DNA from: Burkholderiales bacterium | Lineage (GTDB): Bacteria > Pseudomonadota > Gammaproteobacteria > Burkholderiales > SG8-39 | Length of the DNA stretch: 64,000 nucleotides | Direction: 5' to 3' | NCBI GenBank assembly: GCA_046347635.1 | Contig: JAXMFT010000008.1 | Location: forward strand, 158,619 to 222,618 | Part shown: positions 18,476 to 30,040 of the stretch, piece after piece | Layout: every line of letters begins with the position of its first letter | Position numbering within the stretch: the stretch's first letter is position 1 | Notes under the pieces: generated by a model | Told to the model about the DNA's origin: nothing | Database searches by the model: none | The model's input: only the letters and a program-made list of their open reading frames with translations | Position numbers and translations under genes: made by a program

Positions 18476-19976
18476 ATGCTGCGGTCTGTCGAAGAATTCC
18501 TCCGCGCACTGCGAGAGCGCGCGGAGCCGGCTGCAATCGCTCCGAAAGCCGCGCGTCCCATGCGAACCATCTTCCTGCGGCCGGTCCAGCTCGCCTCGGT
18601 CGCGCTCGCGACGCTGATGCTCGTCTCCATCGGCCTCCTCGGCTGGCTCGACTGGCGCAGCCTCGACCGGCTCGGCCGCATCCAGTCGGGCGTGGCGGCG
18701 ATCCAGGCGATCCAGGAAGCCGGGCTCGACCTGCAGCGGCTGTGGATCGAGGACGCCTCCGGCGCCGCGCGCCTCGAACGCGGGCAGATCGCGGCGGCGG
18801 GCGACGAGCTCGCCCGGCTCGTGACGCCGAGCCGCGCGCTCGCCCCGGGGACGGCCGAGAAGCTCGCGCAGGCCGGGCGGCTGCTCGCCGACGCGAGCCG
18901 GCCTCCGGCGGCCATCCTCGGCGACGCGCTGCTGCTGCTGCGGCAGGCGCTCTACGACGAGACGCGCGCCGAGCTGCGCTCGCTCGACGTCCTGTACGCG
19001 GACGCGCGCGTCGAGCTGCGGCTCGTCACCGCGGCGATCGTCCTGCTGCCGGGCGTCCTGCTGCTCGCGCTCTGGCTCGCGCGCGAGCGCATCTTCCGGC
19101 CGATCGACAACCTCAAGGATCTCCTCGCCAGCCTGGGCGAGGGCAATTTCGCGCCGGTACCGGTGCGCAGCGTCGATCCGCTCCTGCTGCCGCTGTTCGA
19201 CAACTACAACCGCATGGTGGGCCGGCTGGCGGAGCTCGAGCAGCGCCATCGCAGCCACGCGCTCGGGCTGGAGGACGAGGTGCGCAGCGCGACCCAGGCG
19301 CTGCTCCAGCAGAGCCACAGCCTCGCCCGCGCCGAGCGGCTCGCGGCGGTCGGGGAGCTCGCCGCCGCCGTCGCCCACGAGCTGCGCAACCCGCTCGCCG
19401 GCATCCAGATGTCGCTCGTGAACCTCCGGCGCGAGCTTACCGACGCGGCCCTCGCGCAGCGCGTCGACGTCGTGGTCGCGGAGCTGCAGCGCATCGCGCG
19501 GCTCCTCAGCGATCTTCTCGCCCCGTCGCGACACGTGCCCGAGCCGCGGCGCGTCGTGCGCCTCGCGACGCTGGTGCACGACCTCGCGCAGCTCGCGCGC
19601 TACCAGCTCGCGCCGCAGACCGCGCTGGAGGTGGCGGTCCCGGCCGACCTCGAGTGCGACGTGCCGGCCGACGCGCTGCGCCAGGCGCTGCTCAACCTCG
19701 TGCTGAACGCGATGCAGGCGCTCGGCGGCCGTCCGGGCCGCATCGAGATCGCGGCGCGCGGCGAGGGCGGCGCGGTGCGCCTGAGCGTGCGCGACGACGG
19801 GCCGGGCTTCCCGGAAGCGCTGCTGCGCGGCGGCGTACGCCCGTTCACGACCGGGCGCGAAGCCGGAACGGGGCTCGGGCTCGCGGTCGCGCAGCGGTTC
19901 GCGCGCGAGGTGCGCGGCGAGCTCGTCCTAGAGAACTGCGCGCCGCGCGGCGCGCGCGCCGAGCTGCGCATCCCCG

Positions 19977-19996
<20 letters not shown>
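18476..19996 (+). CDS. Sensor histidine kinase (membrane-anchored)
   Basis: ATG 18476, 506 aa. TM helices, H-box [14 protein letters not shown]-box [13 protein letters not shown]-boxes DDGPGFP and GTGLGLAV. 20-nt overlap with the regulator gene. Confidence 0.8.
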
Positions 19997-21383
<1,387 letters not shown>

Positions 21384-21417
21384 GGAGGTCCGCGCCGGGG
21401 CGGCCCGGGACGCGGCG

Positions 21418-22440
21418 TCACGGCCGGCTGGCGGCGCGCCCGCGGACGAGCGAGCGCAGCAGGCCGACGAAGGCGAGCGACCAGGCGGCCATCGCCACGT
21501 ACACCATCACCTGCGGGATCACCTGCAGGAACTCGAAGTGCATCGCCTGCGCCATCTCGAAGGTGCACGCGGCGTACATCCCGAGCGGGAACACCGCGCC
21601 CCAGTACAGCGGGTCGTAGCGCAGCGGGAAGCGCCGGTAGCCGTGCCGCCACACCCCGAGCACCACGAGCATCGGGATCCACCACGTGCCGGTCGCCCAG
21701 TAGAACACGGTGAACCCCTTCAGGAACGGCGCGAGCGAGGCGAGGAAGGGCGCATCCGGGGTGTTCGCGACCAGCAGCGAGCCGGCGAGCGTCGAGATCG
21801 CCATCGCCCCCATGCTGATCCAGTAGGGCGGCGAGAGGTCGTCGGGCGCGAGCGGGAAGAAGGTGTAGCGGTAGAAGATGAGCGAGATCATCCAGATGTA
21901 GAGCATCCCGCCCCACAGCCACATCGACAGCGCGAGGAAGTTCAGCTCCAGCCGGAAGAGCGGCGCCGCGTGCGGCGCGAGGTGCGCGCTCAGCACCGCG
22001 ATCGACTGCGTGGCCACGACCGCGAGCAGCCAGGCCCCGGAGATGCCCTGGTCGAGCGGGGGCTTGTGCCGCTTGACGGTGAGGGCGGTGAAGACGGTGT
22101 AGGTGAGCCCGATCCAGAGCACCACCGCGACGATCCACAGCGCCCGCGCGAGCGCGAAGTCGCGCGCGATGACGACGAACTGGCTGCCGAGCACGCCGGA
22201 GGCGGCGACGCTGGTGAAGAAGGCGGGGCCGCGCTGGTGGTCGGTCAGGTCGCGCCACAGCTCGCGCGGGAACCACGCCGCGCGCAGCGCGGTGAGGAGC
22301 CAGAGGACGAGATACGCGACCACGTTGAGCCGGAACAGGGCGTCGGCGATGCGCGCCATGCCGAGCTGGTGGGCCGCGATCGAGACGATGCCGGTGGCCA
22401 TCGCCAGCGCGAAGTACGCGGGCGAGAGCCCCTGCGCCAT
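21418..22440 (-). CDS. TehA/TDT (tellurite-resistance/dicarboxylate, SLAC1-like) family membrane transporter
   Basis: ATG 22440 (alternative GTG 22494). About 340 aa, 10 predicted TM helices, family-like N-terminus [15 protein letters not shown]. Confidence 0.8.
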   Translation of the reverse strand: MAQGLSPAYFALAMATGIVSIAAHQLGMARIADALFRLNVVAYLVLWLLTALRAAWFPRELWRDLTDHQRGPAFFTSVAASGVLGSQFVVIARDFALARALWIVAVVLWIGLTYTVFTALTVKRHKPPLDQGISGAWLLAVVATQSIAVLSAHLAPHAAPLFRLELNFLALSMWLWGGMLYIWMISLIFYRYTFFPLAPDDLSPPYWISMGAMAISTLAGSLLVANTPDAPFLASLAPFLKGFTVFYWATGTWWIPMLVVLGVWRHGYRRFPLRYDPLYWGAVFPLGMYAACTFEMAQAMHFEFLQVIPQVMVYVAMAAWSLAFVGLLRSLVRGRAASRP

Positions 22441-22544
22441 GCGCCGGGGGAGGGCGAGCAGGCTGTCCGGCGCGGCCGCGCGATCGCCGCTCACCGGGAA
22501 GGCGTCCGGTGGCGGCGCGGGGTCGCCGGGCGCCGACGCACGGC

Positions 22545-23258
22545 CTATTGGACGAGCGGCGTCGCGGCGGCCGCGAGGTCCGCGCCGCGGATCTCCGCCT
22601 GGCCGGCGAGCACCTGCACGAACTGCGCGAGCGCGGCCTGCTGGGTGCGGCCGCGCATGCGCTCGGCGATGCGCGCGTGCGCCACCTCGAACGGCAGGCG
22701 GCGGCCCGGCTCGCGCCGGTCCACCGCCAGGACGTGCAGGCCGAAGCGCGTGCGGACGAGCTGCGGGTAGACGCCGGTGTAGGCGCCGTTGAACAGCGCC
22801 TGCTCGAACTCGGCACGGCGTCGCCGCGGCCGAGCTGGCCGAGGTTGCCGTCGTGCTGCCCGCGAGGGTAGTTCGAGCACTCGCGCGCGAGCGAGGCGAA
22901 GCGCGACGGGTCCTGACGAGCGCGGCGGCACCCCCTCGGCCTTCGCGCGCAGCGCCGGCACCGGCGTGCCCGGCGTCACCTGGAACAGGATGTGGCGCGC
23001 GCAGGCGAGCTCGCCGCTCGTGAACTCGGCCGGGTGCGCGTCGTAGTAGCGGCGGCACTCCGCCTCGGTCGGCTCGGGCACCGCGACCTCGCGCGCGAGC
23101 AGCTTCTCGATCGCCTGGTCCACCGCGGCGCGGTCGTCGCCCGCGCGCGCAAGGTCCAGCGCGACCGCCCGCTGGCGCAGCAGCTCGTGCGCGGCGGCGG
23201 CCGCCGCGCTCGGGAAGCCGGCGGGATCGACCGCGACGCCGTTGACCGTGACCGCCAT
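22545..23258 (-). CDS. PpiC/parvulin-type peptidyl-prolyl isomerase associated with nar operons; internal compensated frameshift pair
   Basis: The ends are typical (…HILFQVTPG… and …EFEQALF…GVYPQLVRTRFGLHVL…). Between ~22935 and ~22811 the conserved DPSRFASLARECSNYP.GQHDGNLGQLGRGDAVP is encoded in another frame. Confidence 0.7.
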   Translation of the reverse strand: MAVTVNGVAVDPAGFPSAAAAAAHELLRQRAVALDLARAGDDRAAVDQAIEKLLAREVAVPEPTEAECRRYYDAHPAEFTSGELACARHILFQVTPGTPVPALRAKAEGVPPRSSGPVALRLARARVLELPSRAARRQPRPARPRRRRAEFEQALFNGAYTGVYPQLVRTRFGLHVLAVDRREPGRRLPFEVAHARIAERMRGRTQQAALAQFVQVLAGQAEIRGADLAAAATPLVQ

Positions 23259-23265
23259 GCCGGCT

Positions 23266-23967
23266 TCAGGCGAGCTTGCGCCGCGTGCGCACGAGCTGGT
23301 AGGGACGGAAGAGGTAACCCACCGCGGCGAACCCGCTCCAGATGTGCACCAGGCGCGTGAACGGGAACACGAGGAAGATCGTGAGCCCGAGGAAGATGTG
23401 GACCTTGAACACCCAGGGCGCGTCGATCATCAGCTCGGCCGCGCCCGGGCGGAAGGTGACGATGAGCTGCGCCCAGCGGGCGAGACGCTCCATCATCGAG
23501 CCGTCGAGGTGCTGCGCGGAGAACGCGATGGTGGTCAGTCCGAGCGCGAGCTGGATCCAGAACAGCACCAGGATCGCGATGTCCCAGTTGCGCGTGTTCG
23601 ACCAGATGCGCGGGTCGGCGACGCGCCGGTGGATCAGGATCGTCAGGCCGACGATCCCGAGCACGCCGGCGATGCCGCCGGACACCATCGCGAGCAGCTG
23701 CTTCGAACCGGCCTCGATGAGCCAGGCGTAGGCCCAGTGCGGGGTGAGCAGGCCGAGCAGGTGGCCGAAGAAGATGAACAGAACGCCGATGTGGAACAGG
23801 TTGGAGCCCCAGCGCAGCTCGCGCGCGCGCAGCAGCTGCGAGCTGTCGCTCTTCCACGTGTACTGCTCGCGGTCGAAGCGCACCAGGCTGCCGATCAGGA
23901 ACACGACCAGGCAGACGTACGGATAGGCGCCGAACACGAGCTGGTGCAGATAGACGGTCATCTCCAT
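23266..23967 (-). CDS. narI: Respiratory nitrate reductase gamma subunit
   Basis: 233 aa, five TM helices, typical NarI sequence (…RWGSNLFHIGVLFIFFGH…FTRLVHIWS…). Confidence 0.9.
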   Translation of the reverse strand: MEMTVYLHQLVFGAYPYVCLVVFLIGSLVRFDREQYTWKSDSSQLLRARELRWGSNLFHIGVLFIFFGHLLGLLTPHWAYAWLIEAGSKQLLAMVSGGIAGVLGIVGLTILIHRRVADPRIWSNTRNWDIAILVLFWIQLALGLTTIAFSAQHLDGSMMERLARWAQLIVTFRPGAAELMIDAPWVFKVHIFLGLTIFLVFPFTRLVHIWSGFAAVGYLFRPYQLVRTRRKLA

Positions 23968-23991
23968 CGCCTTGCTCCTTCTTTCTTCCTG

Positions 23992-24636
23992 CTAGCCCTG
24001 TTTCCGCGGCACGAACCGGACCGGCGCCACCGCCGGCGCGCCGCGCTCCGGGCCGGGCGCGAACGCGGGCGCGTCCATCCATTCCTCGTCCGGATGCGGC
24101 TCGGGTTCGGCCGCCTTGGACCAGTCGAGCCCGCGCTCCCCGGCCAGCGCGAGCAGCGCCTCGAACACCGCCGCGTAATGACTGCCGCTCGCCGCGAGCC
24201 TTTCGCCCACCGCGCGCAGGACGTGCGCGCAGTCGCCGAGCAGGTCGCGCGCCTCGGCGCGCGGGCGGCAGCTCAGGTACTCGAGCACTGCCGGCAGGTA
24301 GTCGGGCAGCTCGTTCGTCGCCAGGGCGAACCCGGCGCGCGCGTAGAGCTGCGCGAGGTCGACCATCGCCTGCCCGCGCTCGCGCGCCTCGCCGTGCACG
24401 TGCTCGAAGAGGTGCAGCGAGCGCGCCCGGCCGCGCTCGAAGAGCGCGACGTAGCGCTCCTCGAGCTCGAGCGGCTCGCCGGCGGCGAGCTCGGCGACGA
24501 GCGCGGCGAGGCGCGCCTTGTCGGCGCGGCGGAGGAGATCCGCGCCGGCGATCGCCGCGCCGATCTCGTCGAGCGCGGCGAGCAGCTCCGGGCGCGGGTA
24601 GGTGAGGAGCGCGCCGAGCGCGCGCAGGGCGATCAT
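23992..24636 (-). CDS. narJ: Nitrate reductase molybdenum cofactor assembly chaperone
   Basis: ATG 24636, 214 aa. …ERYVALFERGRARSLHLFEHVHGEARERGQAMVDL…LPDYLPAVLEYL is typical of NarJ. Positioned between narH and narI. Confidence 0.85.
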   Translation of the reverse strand: MIALRALGALLTYPRPELLAALDEIGAAIAGADLLRRADKARLAALVAELAAGEPLELEERYVALFERGRARSLHLFEHVHGEARERGQAMVDLAQLYARAGFALATNELPDYLPAVLEYLSCRPRAEARDLLGDCAHVLRAVGERLAASGSHYAAVFEALLALAGERGLDWSKAAEPEPHPDEEWMDAPAFAPGPERGAPAVAPVRFVPRKQG

Positions 24637-24644
24637 CGCGGGCC

Positions 24645-26207
24645 CTAGTAGTCCATGCGCTTTTCCGGCTCCTGCCGGTGGGTCACCGTCTTGAGCGGGA
24701 TCACCTTGCGCGCGCCCATGCGGCCGCCGAACAGGCTCTGCTTCGACTCGCCCTCGGCGCAGGCGTTGCCGAACGAGAAGCCGCACTCGCCGCGCAGCCG
24801 GTAGGCGTTCTCGGCGTACTCGCGGTGGGTGGTGGGGATGACGAAGCGGTCCTCGTAGTTGGCGATCGCGAGGTAGCGGTGCATCGACTCGACCTCGCGC
24901 ACCGACAGCCCGACCTGCGCGAGCAGGGCGAGGTCGTCGCGCCCCTCGAGCTGGCGCTGGCGGTAGAAGGCGCGCATCGCGAGCATGCGCTCGAGCGCGC
25001 TCGTCACCGGCGCCTCGTCGCCAGCGGTGAGGAGGTTGGCGAGGTAGCGCACCGGGATGCGCAGGCTGCGCACGTCGGGGATCGCGCCGGCCGCGCCGAT
25101 GCGGCCGGCGTTGGCGTGCGACTGGATCGGCGAGAGCGGCGGCACGTACCAGACCATCGGCAGCGTGCGGTACTCCGGGTGCAGCGGGAAGGCGATCTTC
25201 CACTCCAGCGCGAGCTTCCAGGTCGGCGAGTGCCTGGCCGCCTCGAGCCACGCCTCCGGCACGCCGTCGCGGCGCGCCTGCGCCTGGATCTCCGGGTCGT
25301 TCGGGTCGAGGAAGAGCGCGAGCTGCGCCGCGTACAGGTCCTTCGGGTTCTCCACCGCCGCCGCCTCGGCGATGCGGTCGGCGTCGTAGAGCAGCACCCC
25401 GAGGTAGCGGATGCGCCCGACGCAGGTCTCCGAGCACACCGTGGGCTGGCCGGCCTCGATGCGCGGGTAGCAGAAGATGCACTTCTCGGCCTTGCCGGTC
25501 GACCAGTTGTAGTAGATCTTCTTGTACGGGCAGCCCGACACGCACATGCGCCAGCCGCGGCACTTGTCCTGGTCGATGAGGACGATGCCGTCCTCCTCGC
25601 GCTTGTAGATCGACCCGGACGGGCAGGAGGCGACGCAGCTCGGGTTGAGGCAGTGCTCGCACAGCCGCGGGAGGTACATCATGAAGGTGTTCTCGAACTC
25701 GCCGTAGATGTCCTTCTGCACCTCGGCGAAGTTGTAGTCCTGCGAGCGCTTGGCGAACTCCCCGCCGAGGATCTCCTCCCAGTTCGGGCCCCATTCCACC
25801 TTTTCCATCCGCTGCCCGGTGATCACCGAGATCGGCCGCGCGACCGGCGCGGTCGGCATCTCAGGGGCGGTCTGCAGGTGCTCGTAGTCGAAGGTGAACG
25901 GCTCGTAGTAGTCGTCGATCTCCGGCAGGTGCGGGTTGGCGAAGATCTTCATCAGCAGCGCGAGGCGGCCGCCCTGCTTCGGCGCGAGGCTGCCGTCGCG
26001 CCGGCGCGTCCAGCCGCCGCGCCAGCGCTCCTGGTTCTCCCAGTCCTTCGGGTAGCCGATGCCTGGCTTGGTCTCGACGTTGTTGAACCACGCGTACTCC
26101 ATCCCGAGCCGCCAGGTCCAGACGTTCTTGCAGGTGACCGAGCAGGTGTGGCACCCGATGCACTTGTCGAGGTTGAGCACCATCGCGATCTGGGCGCGGA
26201 TTTTCAT
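24645..26207 (-). CDS. narH: Respiratory nitrate reductase beta (Fe-S) subunit
   Basis: ATG 26207, 520 aa. MKIRAQIAMVLNLDKCIGCHTCSVTCK… plus the further Cys clusters CEHCLNPSCVASCP and CRGWRMCVSGCP. Only this part of the 2803-aa track ORF is real. Confidence 0.95.
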   Translation of the reverse strand: MKIRAQIAMVLNLDKCIGCHTCSVTCKNVWTWRLGMEYAWFNNVETKPGIGYPKDWENQERWRGGWTRRRDGSLAPKQGGRLALLMKIFANPHLPEIDDYYEPFTFDYEHLQTAPEMPTAPVARPISVITGQRMEKVEWGPNWEEILGGEFAKRSQDYNFAEVQKDIYGEFENTFMMYLPRLCEHCLNPSCVASCPSGSIYKREEDGIVLIDQDKCRGWRMCVSGCPYKKIYYNWSTGKAEKCIFCYPRIEAGQPTVCSETCVGRIRYLGVLLYDADRIAEAAAVENPKDLYAAQLALFLDPNDPEIQAQARRDGVPEAWLEAARHSPTWKLALEWKIAFPLHPEYRTLPMVWYVPPLSPIQSHANAGRIGAAGAIPDVRSLRIPVRYLANLLTAGDEAPVTSALERMLAMRAFYRQRQLEGRDDLALLAQVGLSVREVESMHRYLAIANYEDRFVIPTTHREYAENAYRLRGECGFSFGNACAEGESKQSLFGGRMGARKVIPLKTVTHRQEPEKRMDY

Positions 26208-26218
26208 GGTCGGTTCTC

Positions 26219-29200
26219 CTAGTGCCCCGCTGCGGCGACCGGCGTGTCCAGCCAGTCGACCTTCGCCATCTTGCGCACGATGACGAACTCGTCGCGGTTC
26301 GAGCCCACGGTGCCGTAGTAGTTGAAGCCGTAGCTGAGCTGGGCGTAGCCGCCGACCATGTGGGTGGGCTTGACCACCGCGCGGGTGACCGAGTTGTGGA
26401 TCCCGCCGCGCGCGCCGGTGATCTCGGAGCCGGGCACGTTCACGATCTTCTCCTGCGCGTGGTACATCAGGCACATGCCCTCGTTCACGCGCTGGCTCAC
26501 CACCGCGCGCGCGGTGATCGCGCCGTTCACGTTGTAGAGCTCGATCCAGTCGTTGTCGGCGATGCCGGCCTTGCGCGCGTCGAGCTCCGAGATCCACACG
26601 ATCGGCCCGCCGCGCGAGAGCGTGAGCATCAGCAGGTTGTCGGTGTAGGTCGAGTGGATGCCCCACTTCTGGTGCGGGGTGATGAAGTTCAGCACCACCT
26701 CCGCGTTGCCGTTGCCGCGCTTGCCGAGGAGCGGGGCGACGGTGCGCGTGTCCACCGGCGGGCGGTAGACGCACAGCGCCTCGGCGAAGGCGCGCATCCA
26801 CGGGTGGTCCTGGTAGAACTGCTGGCGCCCGCTGAGCGTGCGCCAGGGGATCAGCTCGTGCACGTTGGTGTAGCCGGCGTTGTAGCTCACCGACTCGCTC
26901 TCGATCCCCGACCAGGTCGGCGAGCTGATGATCTTGCGCGGCTGCGCCTGCACGTCGCGGAAGCGGATGCGCTCGTCCTCGCGCGTGTCGGCGAGGTGCC
27001 GGTGGGCGCGGCCGGTCGCCTGCGACAGGGCCTCCCACGCCTTGACCGCGACCTCGCCGTTGGTCTCCGGCGCGAGGTGCAGGATCACCTCGGCGGCGTC
27101 GATGTCGGTCTCGATGCGCGGCAGGCCCTTGGTGGGACCGTCCTCGGTCACGACGTAATTCAGCCGGCCGAGGCCCTCGACCTCGTGCTCGGTGTTCCAG
27201 CTGATGCCCTTGCCGCCGTTGCCGAGCGTCTTCATGAGCGGTCCGAGCGCCGTGAAGCGCTTGTACACGTTGGGGTAGTCGCGCTCGATGACCGCGACCT
27301 GCGGCGCGGTCTTGCCCGGGACGAGGTCGCACTCGCCCTTCTTCCAGTCGCGCACCTCCAGCGGCTGGCCGAGCTCGCCCGGCGTGTCGTGCAGCAGGGG
27401 CACGAGCACCACGTCCTGCTCGACCCCGAGGTGGCCGGGCGCGAGCGCGGAGAACTTGCGCGCGATCGCCTTGTAGATCTCCCAGTCGCTCTTGGTCTCC
27501 CACAGCGCGTCCACCGCCGCCGACAGCGGGTGGATGAACGGGTGCATGTCGGAGGTGTTGAGGTCGTTCTTCTCGTACCAGGTCGCGGTCGGCAGCACGA
27601 TGTCCGAGTACAGGCAGGTGGTCGACATGCGGAAGTCGAGCGTGGTGAGCAGGTCGAGCTTGCCCTCGGGCGCCGGGTCGCGCCACGCCACCTCCTCGGG
27701 CTTCGCCTCGCCCTGCGCGCCGAGTTCCTTGCCCTGCAGCCCGTGCTGCGCGCCCATCAGGTGGCGCAGGAAGTACTCGTGCCCCTTGCCCGAGGAGCCG
27801 AGCAGGTTCGAGCGCCACACGAACAGGTTGCGCGGGAAGTTCACCGGGTCGTCCGGGTCCTCGCAGGCGAGCTTGAGCGAGCCCGCCGCCAGGCCCTGCG
27901 CGACGTAGTCCCGGGGCGCCACGCCCGCCGCCGCGGCCGCCTTCGCCACCGCGAGCGGGTTGGCGGCGAGCTGCGGCGCGCTCGGCAGCCAGCCCATGCG
28001 CTCGGCGCGCACGTTGAAGTCGATGAAGCTGCCGGAATGGGCCTGCGGGTCGGCGAGCGGCGAGAGGATCTCGCCCACGCGCAGCTTCTCGTAGCGCCAC
28101 TGGTCGGTGTGCGCGTAGAAGAACGAGGTCGAGTTCATCTGCCGCGGCGGGCGCGCCCAGTCGAGCGCGAACGCGAGCGCGGTCCACCCGGTCTGCGGCC
28201 GGAGCTTCTCCTGCCCCACGTAGTGCGCCCAGCCGCCGCCCGAGACCCCGACGCAGCCGCACAGCATCAGCATGTTGATGATCGCGCGGTAGTTCATGTC
28301 CTGGTGGTACCAGTGGTTCATGCCCGCGCCGATGATCACCATCGAGCGGCCGCGCGTCTTCGCCGCGGTCTCGGCGAAATCGCGCGCGACCGCGATCACC
28401 TGCGCCGCCGGGACCCCGGTGATCGCCTCCTGCCACTTCGGGGTGTACGGCACGTCGTCGTCGTAGGACTTGGCGCCGTCGCCGAGACCGCGGTCGAGCC
28501 CGTAGTGCGCGCACAGGAGGTCGAAGACGGTGGCGACCAGGACTTCGCCGTCGGCGGTCGCGAGCCGGCGCGCGGGGACGTTGCGCACCAGCACGTCGCC
28601 GCCCTGGTCGTTCGCGCGGAAGCGCTCGTGGACGCGGCCGCCGAAGTAGGGGAACGCGACCGGCGCGGTCGCGTCCTGCCGTCCGAGCAGCGTGAGCGCG
28701 AGCTTCGTCTCGGCGCCGCTGGCGCCGTCCTTCTGCTCGAGGTTCCACTTGCCGAGGTCGCCGCCGACCTGCTGGCCCCAGCGGTAGCCGATCGAACCCT
28801 GCGGGCACACCGTGCGCCCGCTCGCCTCGTCGACGGCGACCGTCTTCCACTCCGGGTTGTTCGCCTGGCCGAGGCGGTCGGCGAAGTCCGCGGCGCGCAC
28901 GAAGCGGTCGGCCACGTACCGGTCGCCGCGCCTGACGAGCCGCACGAGCAGCGGCAGGTCGGTGTAGCGCCGGCAGTAGTCGTCGAACCACTCGGTGCGC
29001 CGGTCGAGGTGGAACTCGCGCAGGATCACGTGGCCGAGCGCCATGCCGAGCGCGGCGTCGGTGCCCTGCTTGGGGTGCAGCCACAGGTCCGAGAGCTTCG
29101 CCACCTCCGAGTAGTCGGGCGTGACCGCGACCGTCTTGGTGCCGTTGTAGCGCGCCTCGACGAAGAAGTGCGCGTCCGGGGTGCGCGTCTGCGGCACGTT

Positions 29201-29962
29201 CGAGCCCCAGGCGATGATGAACGCGGCGTTGTACCAGTCGGCCGACTCGGGCACGTCGGTCTGCTCGCCCCACACCTGCGGGCTCGAGGGCGGGAGATCG
29301 CAGTACCAGTCGTAGAAGCTCAGGTTGACGCCGCCGATCAGCGACATGTAGCGCGAGCCGGCGGCGTACGAGACCATCGACATCGCCGGGATGGGCGAGA
29401 ACCCCATGATGCGGTCGGGCCCGTACTTCCTGATCGTGTAGACGTTCGCCGCGGCGATGATGTCGGTGACCTCGTCCCAGCTCGCGCGCACGAATCCGCC
29501 GCGGCCGCGGATCGACTTGTAGGCGCGCGACTTCTCCGCGTCCTCCACGATGGACGCCCACGCGTCGACCGGCGCGAGCGTGCGGCGCGCCTCGCGCCAC
29601 AGGCGCACCAGGCGCGCGCGCACCATCGGGTACTTCAGCCGGTTCGCGCTGTAGAGGTACCAGCTGTACGAGGCTCCGCGCGAGCAGCCGCGCGGCTCGT
29701 GGTTCGGCATGTCGGGGCGCGTGCGCGGGTAGTCGGTCTGCTGCGTCTCCCAGGTCACCACCCCGCCCTTGACGTAGATCTTCCAGCTGCACGAGCCGGT
29801 GCAGTTCACGCCGTGGGTCGAGCGCACGATCTTGTCGTGCTGCCAGCGCAGGCGGTAGCCCTCTTCCCAGGCGCGGTCCTCGCCGCGCACCTCGCCGTGG
29901 CCGGCGGCGAACGGCTCGCGGGTGTGGGTGAAGAACGTGAGGCGGTCGAGGAAGTGGCTCAT
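26219..29962 (-). CDS. narG: Respiratory nitrate reductase alpha (Mo-bisMGD) subunit
   Basis: 1247 aa. N-terminal FS0 motif HGVNCTGSCSWKIYVK. Full-length similarity to NarG throughout. Confidence 0.95.
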   Translation of the reverse strand: MSHFLDRLTFFTHTREPFAAGHGEVRGEDRAWEEGYRLRWQHDKIVRSTHGVNCTGSCSWKIYVKGGVVTWETQQTDYPRTRPDMPNHEPRGCSRGASYSWYLYSANRLKYPMVRARLVRLWREARRTLAPVDAWASIVEDAEKSRAYKSIRGRGGFVRASWDEVTDIIAAANVYTIRKYGPDRIMGFSPIPAMSMVSYAAGSRYMSLIGGVNLSFYDWYCDLPPSSPQVWGEQTDVPESADWYNAAFIIAWGSNVPQTRTPDAHFFVEARYNGTKTVAVTPDYSEVAKLSDLWLHPKQGTDAALGMALGHVILREFHLDRRTEWFDDYCRRYTDLPLLVRLVRRGDRYVADRFVRAADFADRLGQANNPEWKTVAVDEASGRTVCPQGSIGYRWGQQVGGDLGKWNLEQKDGASGAETKLALTLLGRQDATAPVAFPYFGGRVHERFRANDQGGDVLVRNVPARRLATADGEVLVATVFDLLCAHYGLDRGLGDGAKSYDDDVPYTPKWQEAITGVPAAQVIAVARDFAETAAKTRGRSMVIIGAGMNHWYHQDMNYRAIINMLMLCGCVGVSGGGWAHYVGQEKLRPQTGWTALAFALDWARPPRQMNSTSFFYAHTDQWRYEKLRVGEILSPLADPQAHSGSFIDFNVRAERMGWLPSAPQLAANPLAVAKAAAAAGVAPRDYVAQGLAAGSLKLACEDPDDPVNFPRNLFVWRSNLLGSSGKGHEYFLRHLMGAQHGLQGKELGAQGEAKPEEVAWRDPAPEGKLDLLTTLDFRMSTTCLYSDIVLPTATWYEKNDLNTSDMHPFIHPLSAAVDALWETKSDWEIYKAIARKFSALAPGHLGVEQDVVLVPLLHDTPGELGQPLEVRDWKKGECDLVPGKTAPQVAVIERDYPNVYKRFTALGPLMKTLGNGGKGISWNTEHEVEGLGRLNYVVTEDGPTKGLPRIETDIDAAEVILHLAPETNGEVAVKAWEALSQATGRAHRHLADTREDERIRFRDVQAQPRKIISSPTWSGIESESVSYNAGYTNVHELIPWRTLSGRQQFYQDHPWMRAFAEALCVYRPPVDTRTVAPLLGKRGNGNAEVVLNFITPHQKWGIHSTYTDNLLMLTLSRGGPIVWISELDARKAGIADNDWIELYNVNGAITARAVVSQRVNEGMCLMYHAQEKIVNVPGSEITGARGGIHNSVTRAVVKPTHMVGGYAQLSYGFNYYGTVGSNRDEFVIVRKMAKVDWLDTPVAAAGH

Positions 29963-30040
29963 AGCGGGCTCCGGGAGCGCCGCGCGCCGGCGCCGGGCCG
30001 GCGCGCGCGATGCACATTCTGGGGCGTGTACCGCACGCGA

